Positions 25,401 to 40,400 of a stretch of 64,000 nt of DNA are shown piece after piece (the stretch's first letter is position 1; the number at the start of each line of letters is the position of its first letter). Source of the DNA: Eledone cirrhosa (Eukaryota); contig OZ024740.1 in the NCBI GenBank assembly GCA_964016885.1, positions 441,006,001 through 441,070,000 of the forward strand, read 5' to 3'. The position numbers and the translations under genes are program-made. The notes under the pieces were generated by a model. That model was not told the origin of the DNA. It did not search any database and saw nothing but the letters and a program-made list of their open reading frames with translations.

Positions 25401-28400
25401 GTGTTGTTTCTAACATAGTGGTTTTGGTTCTAACGTAGTAGTGTTGGTTCTAACATAGTAGTGTTGGTTCTAACGTAGTAGTGTTGGTTCTAACATAGTA
25501 GTGTTGGTTCTCACATAGTAGTGTTGGTTCTAACGTAGTAGTGTTGGTTCTAACATAGTAGTGTTGGTTCTCACATAGTAGTGTTGGTTCTAACATAGTA
25601 GTGTTGGTTCTAACATAGTAGTGTTGGTTCTCACATAGTAGTGTTGGTTCTAATGTAGTAGTGTTGGTTCTGACATAGTAGTGTTGGTTCTCACATAGTA
25701 GTGTTGGTTCTAACATAGTAGTGTTGGTTTTAACACAGTAGTGTTGGTTCTAACATAGTAGTGTTGGTTCTAACATAGTAGTGTTGGTTGTAACATAGTA
25801 GTGTTGGTTTTCACGTTGTAGTGTTGGTTCTAACATAGTAGTGTTGGTTCTAACATAGTAGTGTTGGTTTTTACATTGTAGTGTTGTTTCTAACATAGTA
25901 GGGTTGGTTCTAACATAGTAGTGTTGGTTCTCACATAGTAGTGTTGGTTCTAACATAGTAGTGTTGGTTCTAACATAGTAGTGTTGGTTCTCACATAGTA
26001 GTGTTGGTTCTAATGTAGTAGTGTTGGTTCTGACATAGTAGTGTTGGTTCTCACATAGTAGTGTTGGTTCTAACATAGTAGTGTTGGTTTTAACACAGTA
26101 GTGTTGGTTCTAACATAGTAGTGTTGGTTCTAACATAGTAGTGTTGGTTGTAACATAGTAGTGTTGGTTTTCACGTTGTAGTGTTGGTTCTAACATAGTA
26201 GTGTTGGTTCTAACATAGTAGTGTTGGTTTTTACATTGTAGTGTTGTTTCTAACATAGTAGGGTTGGTTCTAACATAGTAGTGTTGGTTCTCACATAGTA
26301 GTGTTGATTCTAACATAGTAGTGTTGGTTCTCACATAGTAGTGTTCGTTCTACAATAATAGTGTTGGTTCTAACATAGTAGTGTTGGTTCTAACATAGTA
26401 GTGTTGGTTCTAACATAGTAGTGTTGATTCTAACATAGTAGTGTTGGTTCTAACATAGTAGTGTTGGTTCTAACATATTAGTGTTGGTTCTAACATAGTA
26501 GTGTTTATTCTAACATAGTAGTGTTGGTTCTAACATAGTAGTGTTGGTTCTAACATAGTAGTATTTATTCAAACATAGTAGTGTTTGTTCTAACATAGTA
26601 GTGTTGGTTCTAGCATAGTAGTGTTGGTTCTAACATAGTAGTGTTGGTTCTAACATAGTAGTGTTGGTTCTAACACAGTAAGGTTGGTTCTAACATAGTA
26701 GGGTTCGTTCTAATATAGTAGGGTTGGTTCTAACATAGTAGTGTTGGTTCTAACATGGTAGTGTTGGTTCTCACATAGTAGTGTTGGTTCTAACATAGTA
26801 GTGTTGGTTCTCACATAGTAGTGTTGGTTCTCACATAGTAGTGTTGGTTCTCACATACTAGTGTTGGTTCTCACATAGTAATGTTGGTTCTCACATAGTA
26901 GTGTTGGTTCTAACATAGTAGTGTTGGTTCTAACATTGTAGTGTTGGTTCTCACATAGTAGGGTTGGTTCTAAAATAGTAGTGTTGGTTCTCACATAGTA
27001 GTGTAGGTTCTAACATAGTAGTGTTGGTTCTAACATAGTAGTGTTGGTTCTCACATAGTAGTATTGGTTCTAACATAGTAGTGTTGGTTCTCACATAGTA
27101 GTATTGGTTCTCACATAGTAGGGTTGGTTCTAATATAGTAGGGTTAGTTCTAACATAGTAGTGTTGGTTCTCACATAGTAGGGTTGGTTCTAACATAGTA
27201 GGGTTGGTTCTAACATAGTAGTGTTGGTTCTCACATAGTAGTGTTGGTTCTAATATAGTAGCGTTGGTTCTAACATAGTAGGGTTGGTTCTAACATAGTA
27301 GTGTTGGTTCTCACATAGTAGTGTTGGTTCTAATATAGTAGTGTTGGTTCACACATAGTAGTGTAGGTTCTAACATAGTAGTGTTGGTTCTAACATAGTA
27401 GTGTTGGTTCTCACATAGTAGTGTTGGTTCTCACATAGTATTATTGGTTCTAACATAGTAGTGCTGGTTCTCACATGGTAGTGTTGGTTCTCACATAGTA
27501 GGGTTGGTTCTAACATAGTAAGGTTGGTTCTAACATAGTAGTGTTGGTTCTAACATAGTAGTGTTGGTTCTCACATAGTAGTGTTGGTTCTAATATAGTA
27601 GGGTTGGTTCTCACATAGTAGGGTTGTTTCTAACATAGTAGTGTTGGTTCTCACAAAGTAGTGTTGGTTCTCACATAGTACGGTTGTTCTAACATAGTAG
27701 GGTTGGTTCTAACATAGTAGTGTTGGTTCTAATATAGTAGTGTTGGTTCTAACATAGTAGTGTTGGTTCTAACATAGTAAGGTTGGTTCTAACATAGTAG
27801 TGTTGGTTCTAACATAGTAGTTGGTTCTAACATAGTAGTGTTGGTTCTAACATAGTAGTGTTGGTTCTCACATAGTAGGGTTGGTTCTAACATAGTAGTG
27901 TTGGTTCTAACATAGTAGTGTTGGTTCTAACATAGTAGTGTTGGTTCTAACCTAGTAGTGTTGGTTCTAACATAGTAGTGTTGGTTCTCACATAGTAGTG
28001 TTGGTTCTAACATAGTAGTGTTGGTTCTCACATAGTAGTGTTGGTTCTCACATAGTAGTGTTGGTTCTCACATAGTAGTGTTGGTTCTCACATAGTTATG
28101 TTGGTTCTAACATAGTAGTGTTGGTTCTAACATAGTAGTGTTGGTTCTCACATAGTAGTGTTGGTTCTCACATAGTAGTGTTTGTTCTAACGTAGTAGTG
28201 TTGGTTCTAAAATAGTAGTGTTGGTTCTAACATAGTAGTGTTGGTTCTAACATAGTAGTGTTGGTTCTAACATAGTAGTGTTGGTTCTAACCTAGTAGTG
28301 TTGGTTCTAACATAGTAGTGTTGGTTCTCACATAGTAGTGTTGGTTCTAACATAGTAGTGTTGGTTCTAACATAGTAGTGTTGGTTCTCACATAGTAGTG

Positions 28401-31400
28401 TTGGTTCTCACATACTAGTGTTGGTTCTCACATAGTAATGTTGGTTCTCACATAGTAGTGTTGGTTCTAACATAGTAGTGTTGGTTCTAACATTGTAGTG
28501 ATGGTTCTCACATAGTAGTGTTGGTTCTAACGTAGTATATTTGGTTCTAACATAGTAGTGTTGGTTCTCACATAGTAGTGTTGGTTCTAACATAGTAGTG
28601 TTGGTTCTAACATAGTAGTGTTGGTTCTAACGTAGTAGTGTTGGTTCTAACATAGTAGTGTTGGTCCTAATATAGTAGGGTTGGTTCTAACATAGTAGTG
28701 TTGGTTCTCACATAGTAGTGTTGGTTCTAATATAGTAGGGTTGGTTCTCACATAGTAGGGTTGTTTCTAACATAGTAGTGTTGGTTCTCACATAGTAGTG
28801 TTGGTTCTCACATAGTACGGTTGTTCTAACATAGTAGGGTTGGTTCTAATATAGTAGTGTTGGTTCTAATATAGTAGTGTTGGTTCTAACATAGTAGTGT
28901 TGGTTCTAACATAGTAAGGTTGGTTCTAACATAGTAGTGTTGGTTCTAACATAGTAGTTGGTTCTAACATAGTAGTGTTGGTTCTAACATAGTAGTGTTG
29001 GTTCTCACATAGTAGGGTTGGTTCTAACATAGTAGTGTTGGTTCTAACATAGTAGTGTTGGTTCTAACATAGTAGTGTTGGTTCTAACCTAGTAGTGTTG
29101 GTTCTAACATAGTAGTGTTGGTTCTCACATAGTAGTGTTGGTTCTAACATAGTAGTGTTGGTTCTCACATAGTAGTGTTGGTTCTCACATAGTAGTGTTG
29201 GTTCTCACATAGTAGTGTTGGTTCTCACATAGTAATGTTGGTTCTAACATAGTAGTGTTGGTTCTAACATAGTAGTGTTGGTTCTCACATAGTAGTGTTG
29301 GTTCTCACATAGTAGTGTTGGTTCTAACGTAGTAGTGTTGGTTCTAACATAGTAGTGTTGGTTCTAACATAGTAGTGTTGGTTCTAACATAGTAGTGTTG
29401 GTTCTAACATAGTAGTGTTGGTTCTAACCTAGTAGTGTTGGTTCTAACATAGTAGTGTTGGTTCTCACATAGTAGTGTTGGTTCTAACATAGTAGTGTTG
29501 GTTCTAACATAGTAGTGTTGGTTCTCACATAGTAGTGTTGGTTCTCTCTTACTAGTGTTGGTTCTCACATAGTAATGTTGGTTCTCACATAGTAGTGTTG
29601 GTTCTAACGTAGTAGTGTTGGTTCTGACATAGTAGTGTTGGTTCTCACATAGTAGTGTTGGTTCTAACATAGTAGTGTTGGTTCTAACATAGTAGTGTTG
29701 GTTTTAACATAGTAGTGTTGGTTCTAACATAGTAGTGTTGGTTTTAACATAGTAGTGTTGGTTGTAACATAGTAGTGTTGGTTTTAACATTGTAGTGTTG
29801 GTTCTAACATAGTAGTGTTGGTTCTAACATAGTAGTGTTGGTTCTAACATAGTAGTGTTGGTTTTTACGTTGTAGTGTTGTTTCTAACATAGTAGGGTTG
29901 GTTCTAACATAGTAGTGTTGGTTCTCACATAGTAGTGTTGATTCTAACATAGTAGTGTTGGTTCTCACATAGTAGTGTTGGTTCTAACATAGTAGTGTTG
30001 GTTCTAACATAGTAGTGTTGGTTCTCACATAGTAGTGTTGGTTCTCACATAGTAGTGTTGGTTCTCACATAGTAGTGTTGGTTCTCACATAGTAATGTTG
30101 GTTCTATCATAGTAGTGTTGGTTCTAACATAGTAGTGTTGGTTCTCACATAGTAGTGTTGGTTCTAACATAGTAGTGTTGGTTCTCACATAGTAGTGTTG
30201 GTTCTCACATAGTAGTGTTGGTTCTCACATACTAGTGTTGGTTCTCACATAGTAATGTTGGTTCTCACATAGTATTGTTGGTTCTAACATAGTAGTGTTG
30301 GTTCTAACATAGTAGTGTTGGTTCTAACATAGTAGTGTTGGTTCTAACGTAGTAGTGTTGGTTCTAACATAGTAGTGTTGGTTCTAACGTAGTAGTGTTG
30401 GTTCTAACATAGTAGTGTTGCTTCTCACATAGTAGTGTTGGTTCTAACGTAGTAGTGTTGGTTCTAACATAGTAGTGTTGGTTCTCACATACTAGTGTTG
30501 GTTCTCACATAGTAATGTTGGTTCTCACATAGTAGTGTTGGTTCTAACATAGTAGTGTTGGTTCTAACATTGTAGTGTTGGTTCTCACATAGTAGTGTTG
30601 GTTCTAACGTAGTAGTGTTGGTTCTAACATAGTAGTGTTGGTTCTCACATAGTAGTGTTGGTTCTAACATAGTAGTGTTGGTTCTAACATAGTAGTGTTG
30701 GTTCTAACATAGTAGTGTTGGTTCTAACGTAGTAGTGTTGGTTCTAACATAGTAGTGTTGGTTCTAACGTAGTAGTGTTGGTTCTAACATAGTAGTGTTG
30801 CTTCTCACATAGTAGTGTTGGTTCTAACGTAGTAGTGTTGGTTCTAACATAGTAGTGTTGGTTCTCACATAGTAGTGTTGGTTCTAACGTAGTAGTGTTG
30901 GTTCTAATATAGTAGTGTTGGTTCTAGCATAGTAGTGTTGTTTCTAACATAGTGGTTTTGGTTCTAACGTAGTAGTGTTGGTTCTAACATAGTAGTGTTG
31001 GTTCTAACGTAGTAGTGTTGGTTCTAACATAGTAGTGTTGGTTCTCACATAGTAGTGTTGGTTCTAACGTAGTAGTGTTGGTTCTAACATAGTAGTGTTG
31101 GTTCTCACATAGTAGTGTTGGTTCTAACATAGTAGTGTTGGTTCTAACATAGTAGTGTTGGTTCTCACATAGTAGTGTTGGTTCTAATGTAGTAGTGTTG
31201 GTTCTGACATAGTAGTGTTGGTTCTCACATAGTAGTGTTGGTTCTAACATAGTAGTGTTGGTTTTAACACAGTAGTGTTGGTTCTAACATAGTAGTGTTG
31301 GTTCTAACATAGTAGTGTTGGTTGTAACATAGTAGTGTTGGTTTTCACGTTGTAGTGTTGGTTCTAACATAGTAGTGTTGGTTCTAACATAGTAGTGTTG

Positions 31401-34400
31401 GTTTTTACATTGTAGTGTTGTTTCTAACATAGTAGGGTTGGTTCTAACATAGTAGTGTTGGTTCTCACATAGTAGTGTTGGTTCTAACATAGTAGTGTTG
31501 GTTCTAACATAGTAGTGTTGGTTCTCACATAGTAGTGTTGGTTCTAATGTAGTAGTGTTGGTTCTGACATAGTAGTGTTGGTTCTCACATAGTAGTGTTG
31601 GTTCTAACATAGTAGTGTTGGTTTTAACACAGTAGTGTTGGTTCTAACATAGTAGTGTTGGTTCTAACATAGTAGTGTTGGTTGTAACATAGTAGTGTTG
31701 GTTTTCACGTTGTAGTGTTGGTTCTAACATAGTAGTGTTGGTTCTAACATAGTAGTGTTGGTTTTTACATTGTAGTGTTGTTTCTAACATAGTAGGGTTG
31801 GTTCTAACATAGTAGTGTTGGTTCTCACATAGTAGTGTTGATTCTAACATAGTAGTGTTGGTTCTCACATAGTAGTGTTCGTTCTACAATAATAGTGTTG
31901 GTTCTAACATAGTAGTGTTGGTTCTAACATAGTAGTGTTGGTTCTAACATAGTAGTGTTGATTCTAACATAGTAGTGTTGGTTCTAACATAGTAGTGTTG
32001 GTTCTAACATATTAGTGTTGGTTCTAACATAGTAGTGTTTATTCTAACATAGTAGTGTTGGTTCTAACATAGTAGTGTTGGTTCTAACATAGTAGTATTT
32101 ATTCAAACATAGTAGTGTTTGTTCTAACATAGTAGTGTTGGTTCTAGCATAGTAGTGTTGGTTCTAACATAGTAGTGTTGGTTCTAACATAGTAGTGTTG
32201 GTTCTAACACAGTAAGGTTGGTTCTAACATAGTAGGGTTCGTTCTAATATAGTAGGGTTGGTTCTAACATAGTAGTGTTGGTTCTAACATGGTAGTGTTG
32301 GTTCTCACATAGTAGTGTTGGTTCTAACATAGTAGTGTTGGTTCTCACATAGTAGTGTTGGTTCTCACATAGTAGTGTTGGTTCTCACATACTAGTGTTG
32401 GTTCTCACATAGTAATGTTGGTTCTCACATAGTAGTGTTGGTTCTAACATAGTAGTGTTGGTTCTAACATTGTAGTGTTGGTTCTCACATAGTAGGGTTG
32501 GTTCTAAAATAGTAGTGTTGGTTCTCACATAGTAGTGTAGGTTCTAACATAGTAGTGTTGGTTCTAACATAGTAGTGTTGGTTCTCACATAGTAGTATTG
32601 GTTCTAACATAGTAGTGTTGGTTCTCACATAGTAGTATTGGTTCTCACATAGTAGGGTTGGTTCTAATATAGTAGGGTTAGTTCTAACATAGTAGTGTTG
32701 GTTCTCACATAGTAGGGTTGGTTCTAACATAGTAGGGTTGGTTCTAACATAGTAGTGTTGGTTCTCACATAGTAGTGTTGGTTCTAATATAGTAGCGTTG
32801 GTTCTAACATAGTAGGGTTGGTTCTAACATAGTAGTGTTGGTTCTCACATAGTAGTGTTGGTTCTAATATAGTAGTGTTGGTTCACACATAGTAGTGTAG
32901 GTTCTAACATAGTAGTGTTGGTTCTAACATAGTAGTGTTGGTTCTCACATAGTAGTGTTGGTTCTCACATAGTATTATTGGTTCTAACATAGTAGTGCTG
33001 GTTCTCACATGGTAGTGTTGGTTCTCACATAGTAGGGTTGGTTCTAACATAGTAAGGTTGGTTCTAACATAGTAGTGTTGGTTCTAACATAGTAGTGTTG
33101 GTTCTCACATAGTAGTGTTGGTTCTAATATAGTAGGGTTGGTTCTCACATAGTAGGGTTGTTTCTAACATAGTAGTGTTGGTTCTCACAAAGTAGTGTTG
33201 GTTCTCACATAGTACGGTTGTTCTAACATAGTAGGGTTGGTTCTAACATAGTAGTGTTGGTTCTAATATAGTAGTGTTGGTTCTAACATAGTAGTGTTGG
33301 TTCTAACATAGTAAGGTTGGTTCTAACATAGTAGTGTTGGTTCTAACATAGTAGTTGGTTCTAACATAGTAGTGTTGGTTCTAACATAGTAGTGTTGGTT
33401 CTCACATAGTAGGGTTGGTTCTAACATAGTAGTGTTGGTTCTAACATAGTAGTGTTGGTTCTAACATAGTAGTGTTGGTTCTAACCTAGTAGTGTTGGTT
33501 CTAACATAGTAGTGTTGGTTCTCACATAGTAGTGTTGGTTCTAACATAGTAGTGTTGGTTCTCACATAGTAGTGTTGGTTCTCACATAGTAGTGTTGGTT
33601 CTCACATAGTAGTGTTGGTTCTCACATAGTTATGTTGGTTCTAACATAGTAGTGTTGGTTCTAACATAGTAGTGTTGGTTCTCACATAGTAGTGTTGGTT
33701 CTCACATAGTAGTGTTTGTTCTAACGTAGTAGTGTTGGTTCTAACATAGTAGTGTTGGTTCTAACATAGTAGTGTTGGTTCTAACATAGTAGTGTTGGTT
33801 CTAACATAGTAGTGTTGGTTCTAACCTAGTAGTGTTGGTTCTAACATAGTAGTGTTGGTTCTCACATAGTAGTGTTGGTTCTAACATAGTAGTGTTGGTT
33901 CTAACATAGTAGTGTTGGTTCTCACATAGTAGTGTTGGTTCTCACATACTAGTGTTGGTTCTCACATAGTAATGTTGGTTCTCACATAGTAGTGTTGGTT
34001 CTAACATAGTAGTGTTGGTTCTAACATTGTAGTGTTGGTTCTCACATAGTAGTGTTGGTTCTAACGTAGTATATTTGGTTCTAACATAGTAGTGTTGGTT
34101 CTCACATAGTAGTGTTGGTTCTAACATAGTAGTGTTGGTTCTAACATAGTAGTGTTGGTTCTAACGTAGTAGTGTTGGTTCTAACATAGTAGTGTTGGTC
34201 CTAATATAGTAGGGTTGGTTCTAACATAGTAGTGTTGGTTCTCACATAGTAGTGTTGGTTCTAATATAGTAGGGTTGGTTCTCACATAGTAGGGTTGTTT
34301 CTAACATAGTAGTGTTGGTTCTCACATAGTAGTGTTGGTTCTCACATAGTACGGTTGTTCTAACATAGTAGGGTTGGTTCTAATATAGTAGTGTTGGTTC

Positions 34401-37400
34401 TAATATAGTAGTGTTGGTTCTAACATAGTAGTGTTGGTTCTAACATAGTAAGGTTGGTTCTAACATAGTAGTGTTGGTTCTAACATAGTAGTTGGTTCTA
34501 ACATAGTAGTGTTGGTTCTAACATAGTAGTGTTGGTTCTCACATAGTAGGGTTTGTTCTAACATAGTAGTGTTGGTTCTAACATAGTAGTGTTGGTTCTA
34601 ACATAGTAGTGTTGGTTCTAACCTAGTAGTGTTGGTTCTAACATAGTAGTGTTGGTTCTCACATAGTAGTGTTGGTTCTAACATAGTAGTGTTGGTTCTC
34701 ACATAGTAGTGTTGGTTCTCACATAGTAGTGTTGGTTCTCACATAGTAGTGTTGGTTCTCACATAGTAATGTTGGTTCTAACATAGTAGTGTTGGTTCTA
34801 ACATAGTAGTGTTGGTTCTCACATAGTAGTGTTGGTTCTCACATAGTAGTGTTGGTTCTAACGTAGTAGTGTTGGTTCTAACATAGTAGTGTTGGTTCTA
34901 ACATAGTAGTGTTGGTTCTAACATAGTAGTGTTGGTTCTAACATAGTAGTGTTGGTTCTAACCTAGTAGTGTTGGTTCTAACATAGTAGTGTTGGTTCTC
35001 ACATAGTAGTGTTGGTTCTAACATAGTAGTGTTGGTTCTAACATAGTAGTGTTGGTTCTCACATAGTAGTGTTGGTTCTCTCTTACTAGTGTTGGTTCTC
35101 ACATAGTAATGTTGGTTCTCACATAGTAGTGTTGGTTCTAACGTAGTAGTGTTGGTTCTGACATAGTAGTGTTGGTTCTCACATAGTAGTGTTGGTTCTA
35201 ACATAGTAGTGTTGGTTCTAACATAGTAGTGTTGGTTTTAACATAGTAGTGTTGGTTCTAACATAGTAGTGTTGGTTTTAACATAGTAGTGTTGGTTGTA
35301 ACATAGTAGTGTTGGTTTTAACATTGTAGTGTTGGTTCTAACATAGTAGTGTTGGTTCTAACATAGTAGTGTTGGTTCTAACATAGTAGTGTTGGTTTTT
35401 ACGTTGTAGTGTTGTTTCTAACATAGTAGGGTTGGTTCTAACATAGTAGTGTTGGTTCTCACATAGTAGTGTTGATTCTAACATAGTAGTGTTGGTTCTC
35501 ACATAGTAGTGTTGGTTCTAACATAGTAGTGTTGGTTCTAACATAGTAGTGTTGGTTCTCACATAGTAGTGTTGGTTCTCACATAGTAGTGTTGGTTCTC
35601 ACATAGTAGTGTTGGTTCTCACATAGTAATGTTGGTTCTATCATAGTAGTGTTGGTTCTAACATAGTAGTGTTGGTTCTCACATAGTAGTGTTGGTTCTA
35701 ACATAGTAGTGTTGGTTCTCACATAGTAGTGTTGGTTCTCACATAGTAGTGTTGGTTCTCACATACTAGTGTTGGTTCTCACATAGTAATGTTGGTTCTC
35801 ACATAGTATTGTTGGTTCTAACATAGTAGTGTTGGTTCTAACATAGTAGTGTTGGTTCTAACATAGTAGTGTTGGTTCTAACGTAGTAGTGTTGGTTCTA
35901 ACATAGTAGTGTTGGTTCTAACGTAGTAGTGTTGGTTCTAACATAGTAGTGTTGCTTCTCACATAGTAGTGTTGGTTCTAACGTAGTAGTGTTGGTTCTA
36001 ACATAGTAGTGTTGGTTCTCACATAGTAGTGTTGGTTCTAACGTAGTAGTGTTGGTTCTAATATAGTAGTGTTGGTTCTAGCATAGTAGTGTTGTTTCTA
36101 ACATAGTGGTTTTGCTTCTAACGTAGTAGTGTTGGTTCTAACATAGTAGTGTTGGTTCTAACGTAGTAGTGTTGGTTCTAACATAGTAGTGTTGGTTCTC
36201 ACATAGTAGTGTTGGTTCTAACGTAGTAGTGTTGGTTCTAACATAGTAGTGTTGGTTCTCACATAGTAGTGTTGGTTCTAACGTAGTAGTGTTGGTTCTC
36301 ACATAGTACGGTTGTTCTAACATAGTAGGGATGGTTCTAACATAGTAGTGTTGGTTCTAATATAGTAGTGTTGGTTTTAACATAGTAGTGTTGGTTCTAA
36401 CATAGTAAGGTTGGTTCTAACATAGTAGTGTTGGTTCTAACATAGTAGTTGGTTCTAACATAGTAGTGTTGGTTCTAACATAGTAGTGTTGGTTCTCACA
36501 TAGTAGGGTTGGTTCTAATATAGTAGTGTTGGTTCTAACATAGTAGTGTTGGTTCTAACATAGTAGTGTTTGTTCTAACATAGTAGTGTTGGTTCTAACC
36601 TAGTAGTGTTGGTTCTAACATAGTAGTGTTGGTTCTCACATAGTAGTGTTGGTTCTAACATAGTAGCGTTGGTTCTCACATAGTAGTGTTGGTTCTAACA
36701 TAGTAGTGTTGGTTCTAACATAGTAGTGTTGGTTCTCACATAGTAGTGTTGGTTCTCACATAGTAGTGTTGGTTCTCACATAGTAGTGTTGGTTCTCACA
36801 TAGTAATGTTGGTTCTAACATAGTAGTGTTGGTTCTAACATAGTAGTGTTGGTTCTCACATAGTAGTGTTGGTTCTCACATAGTAGTGTTGGTTCTCACA
36901 TACTAGTGTTGGTTCTCACATAGTAATGTTGGCTCTCACATTGTAGTGTTGGTTCTAACATAGTAGTGTTGGTTCTAACATTGTAGTGTTGGTTCTCACA
37001 TAGTAGTGTTGGTTCTAACGTAGTAGTGTTGGTTCTAACATAGTAGTGTTGGTTCTCACATAGTAGTGTTGGTTCTAACATAGTAGTGTTGGTTCTAACA
37101 TAGTAGTGTTGGTTCTAACATAGTAGTGTTGGTTCTAACGTAGTAGTGTTGGTTCTAACATAGTAGTGTTGGTTCTAACATAGTAGTGTTGGTTCTAACA
37201 TAGTAGTGTTGCTTCTCACATAGTAGTGTTGGTTCTAACGTAGTAGTGTTGGTTCTAACATAGTAGTGTTGGTTCTCACATAGTAGTGTTGGTTCTAACG
37301 TAGTAGTGTTGGTTCTAATATAGTAGTGTTGGTTCTAACATAGTAGTGTTGTTTCTAACATAGTGGTTTTGGTTCTAACGTAGTAGTGTTGGTTCTAACA

Positions 37401-40400
37401 TAGTAGTGTTGGTTCTAACGTAGTAGTGTTGGTTCTAACATAGTAGTGTTGGTTCTCACATAGTAGTGTTGGTTCTAACGTAGTAGTGTTGGTTCTAACA
37501 TAGTAGTGTTGGTTCTCATATAGTAGTGTTGGTTCTAACATAGTAGTGTTGGTTCTAACATAGTAGTGTTGGTTCTCACATAGTAGTGTTGGTTCTAACG
37601 TAGTAGTGTTGGTTCTGACATAGAAGTGTTGGTTCTCACATAGTAGTGTTGGTTCTAACATAGTAGTGTTGGTTCTAACATAGTAGTGTTGGTGTTAACA
37701 TAGTAGTGTTGGTTCTAACATAGTAGTGTTGGTTCTAACATAGTAGTGTTGGTTGTAACATAGTAGTGTTGGTTTTTACGTTGTAGTGTTGTTTCTAACA
37801 TAGTAGGGTTGGTTATAACATAGTAGTGTTGGTTCTCACATAGTAGTGTTGATTCTAACATAGTAGTGTTGGTTCTCACATAGTAGTGTTGGTTCTAACG
37901 TAGTAGTGTTGGTTCTAATATAGTAGTGTTGGTTCTAGCATAGTAGTGTTGTTTCTAACATAGTGGTTTTGGTTCTAACGTAGTAGTGTTGGTTCTAACA
38001 TAGTAGTGTTGGTTCTAACGTAGTAGTGTTGGTTCTAACATAGTAGTGTTGGTTCTCACATAGTAGTGTTGGTTCTAACGTAGTAGTGTTGGTTCTAACA
38101 TAGTAGTGTTGGTTCTCACATAGTAGTGTTGGTTCTAACATAGTAGTGTTGGTTCTAACATAGTAGTGTTGGTTCTCACATAGTAGTGTTGGTTCTAATG
38201 TAGTAGTGTTGGTTCTGACATAGTAGTGTTGGTTCTCACATAGTAGTGTTGGTTCTAACATAGTAGTGTTGGTTTTAACACAGTAGTGTTGGTTCTAACA
38301 TAGTAGTGTTGGTTCTAACATAGTAGTGTTGGTTGTAACATAGTAGTGTTGGTTTTCACGTTGTAGTGTTGGTTCTAACATAGTAGTGTTGGTTCTAACA
38401 TAGTAGTGTTGGTTTTTACATTGTAGTGTTGTTTCTAACATAGTAGGGTTGGTTCTAACATAGTAGTGTTGGTTCTCACATAGTAGTGTTGGTTCTAACA
38501 TAGTAGTGTTGGTTCTAACATAGTAGTGTTGGTTCTCACATAGTAGTGTTGGTTCTAATGTAGTAGTGTTGGTTCTGACATAGTAGTGTTGGTTCTCACA
38601 TAGTAGTGTTGGTTCTAACATAGTAGTGTTGGTTTTAACACAGTAGTGTTGGTTCTAACATAGTAGTGTTGGTTCTAACATAGTAGTGTTGGTTGTAACA
38701 TAGTAGTGTTGGTTTTCACGTTGTAGTGTTGGTTCTAACATAGTAGTGTTGGTTCTAACATAGTAGTGTTGGTTTTTACATTGTAGTGTTGTTTCTAACA
38801 TAGTAGGGTTGGTTCTAACATAGTAGTGTTGGTTCTCACATAGTAGTGTTGATTCTAACATAGTAGTGTTGGTTCTCACATAGTAGTGTTCGTTCTACAA
38901 TAATAGTGTTGGTTCTAACATAGTAGTGTTGGTTCTAACATAGTAGTGTTGGTTCTAACATAGTAGTGTTGATTCTAACATAGTAGTGTTGGTTCTAACA
39001 TAGTAGTGTTGGTTCTAACATATTAGTGTTGGTTCTAACATAGTAGTGTTTATTCTAACATAGTAGTGTTGGTTCTAACATAGTAGTGTTGGTTCTAACA
39101 TAGTAGTATTTATTCAAACATAGTAGTGTTTGTTCTAACATAGTAGTGTTGGTTCTAGCATAGTAGTGTTGGTTCTAACATAGTAGTGTTGGTTCTAACA
39201 TAGTAGTGTTGGTTCTAACACAGTAAGGTTGGTTCTAACATAGTAGGGTTCGTTCTAATATAGTAGGGTTGGTTCTAACATAGTAGTGTTGGTTCTAACA
39301 TGGTAGTGTTGGTTCTCACATAGTAGTGTTGGTTCTAACATAGTAGTGTTGGTTCTCACATAGTAGTGTTGGTTCTCACATAGTAGTGTTGGTTCTCACA
39401 TACTAGTGTTGGTTCTCACATAGTAATGTTGGTTCTCACATAGTAGTGTTGGTTCTAACATAGTAGTGTTGGTTCTAACATTGTAGTGTTGGTTCTCACA
39501 TAGTAGGGTTGGTTCTAAAATAGTAGTGTTGGTTCTCACATAGTAGTGTAGGTTCTAACATAGTAGTGTTGGTTCTAACATAGTAGTGTTGGTTCTCACA
39601 TAGTAGTATTGGTTCTAACATAGTAGTGTTGGTTCTCACATAGTAGTATTGGTTCTCACATAGTAGGGTTGGTTCTAATATAGTAGGGTTAGTTCTAACA
39701 TAGTAGTGTTGGTTCTCACATAGTAGGGTTGGTTCTAACATAGTAGGGTTGGTTCTAACATAGTAGTGTTGGTTCTCACATAGTAGTGTTGGTTCTAATA
39801 TAGTAGCGTTGGTTCTAACATAGTAGGGTTGGTTCTAACATAGTAGTGTTGGTTCTCACATAGTAGTGTTGGTTCTAATATAGTAGTGTTGGTTCACACA
39901 TAGTAGTGTAGGTTCTAACATAGTAGTGTTGGTTCTAACATAGTAGTGTTGGTTCTCACATAGTAGTGTTGGTTCTCACATAGTATTATTGGTTCTAACA
40001 TAGTAGTGCTGGTTCTCACATGGTAGTGTTGGTTCTCACATAGTAGGGTTGGTTCTAACATAGTAAGGTTGGTTCTAACATAGTAGTGTTGGTTCTAACA
40101 TAGTAGTGTTGGTTCTCACATAGTAGTGTTGGTTCTAATATAGTAGGGTTGGTTCTCACATAGTAGGGTTGTTTCTAACATAGTAGTGTTGGTTCTCACA
40201 AAGTAGTGTTGGTTCTCACATAGTACGGTTGTTCTAACATAGTAGGGTTGGTTCTAACATAGTAGTGTTGGTTCTAATATAGTAGTGTTGGTTCTAACAT
40301 AGTAGTGTTGGTTCTAACATAGTAAGGTTGGTTCTAACATAGTAGTGTTGGTTCTAACATAGTAGTTGGTTCTAACATAGTAGTGTTGGTTCTAACATAG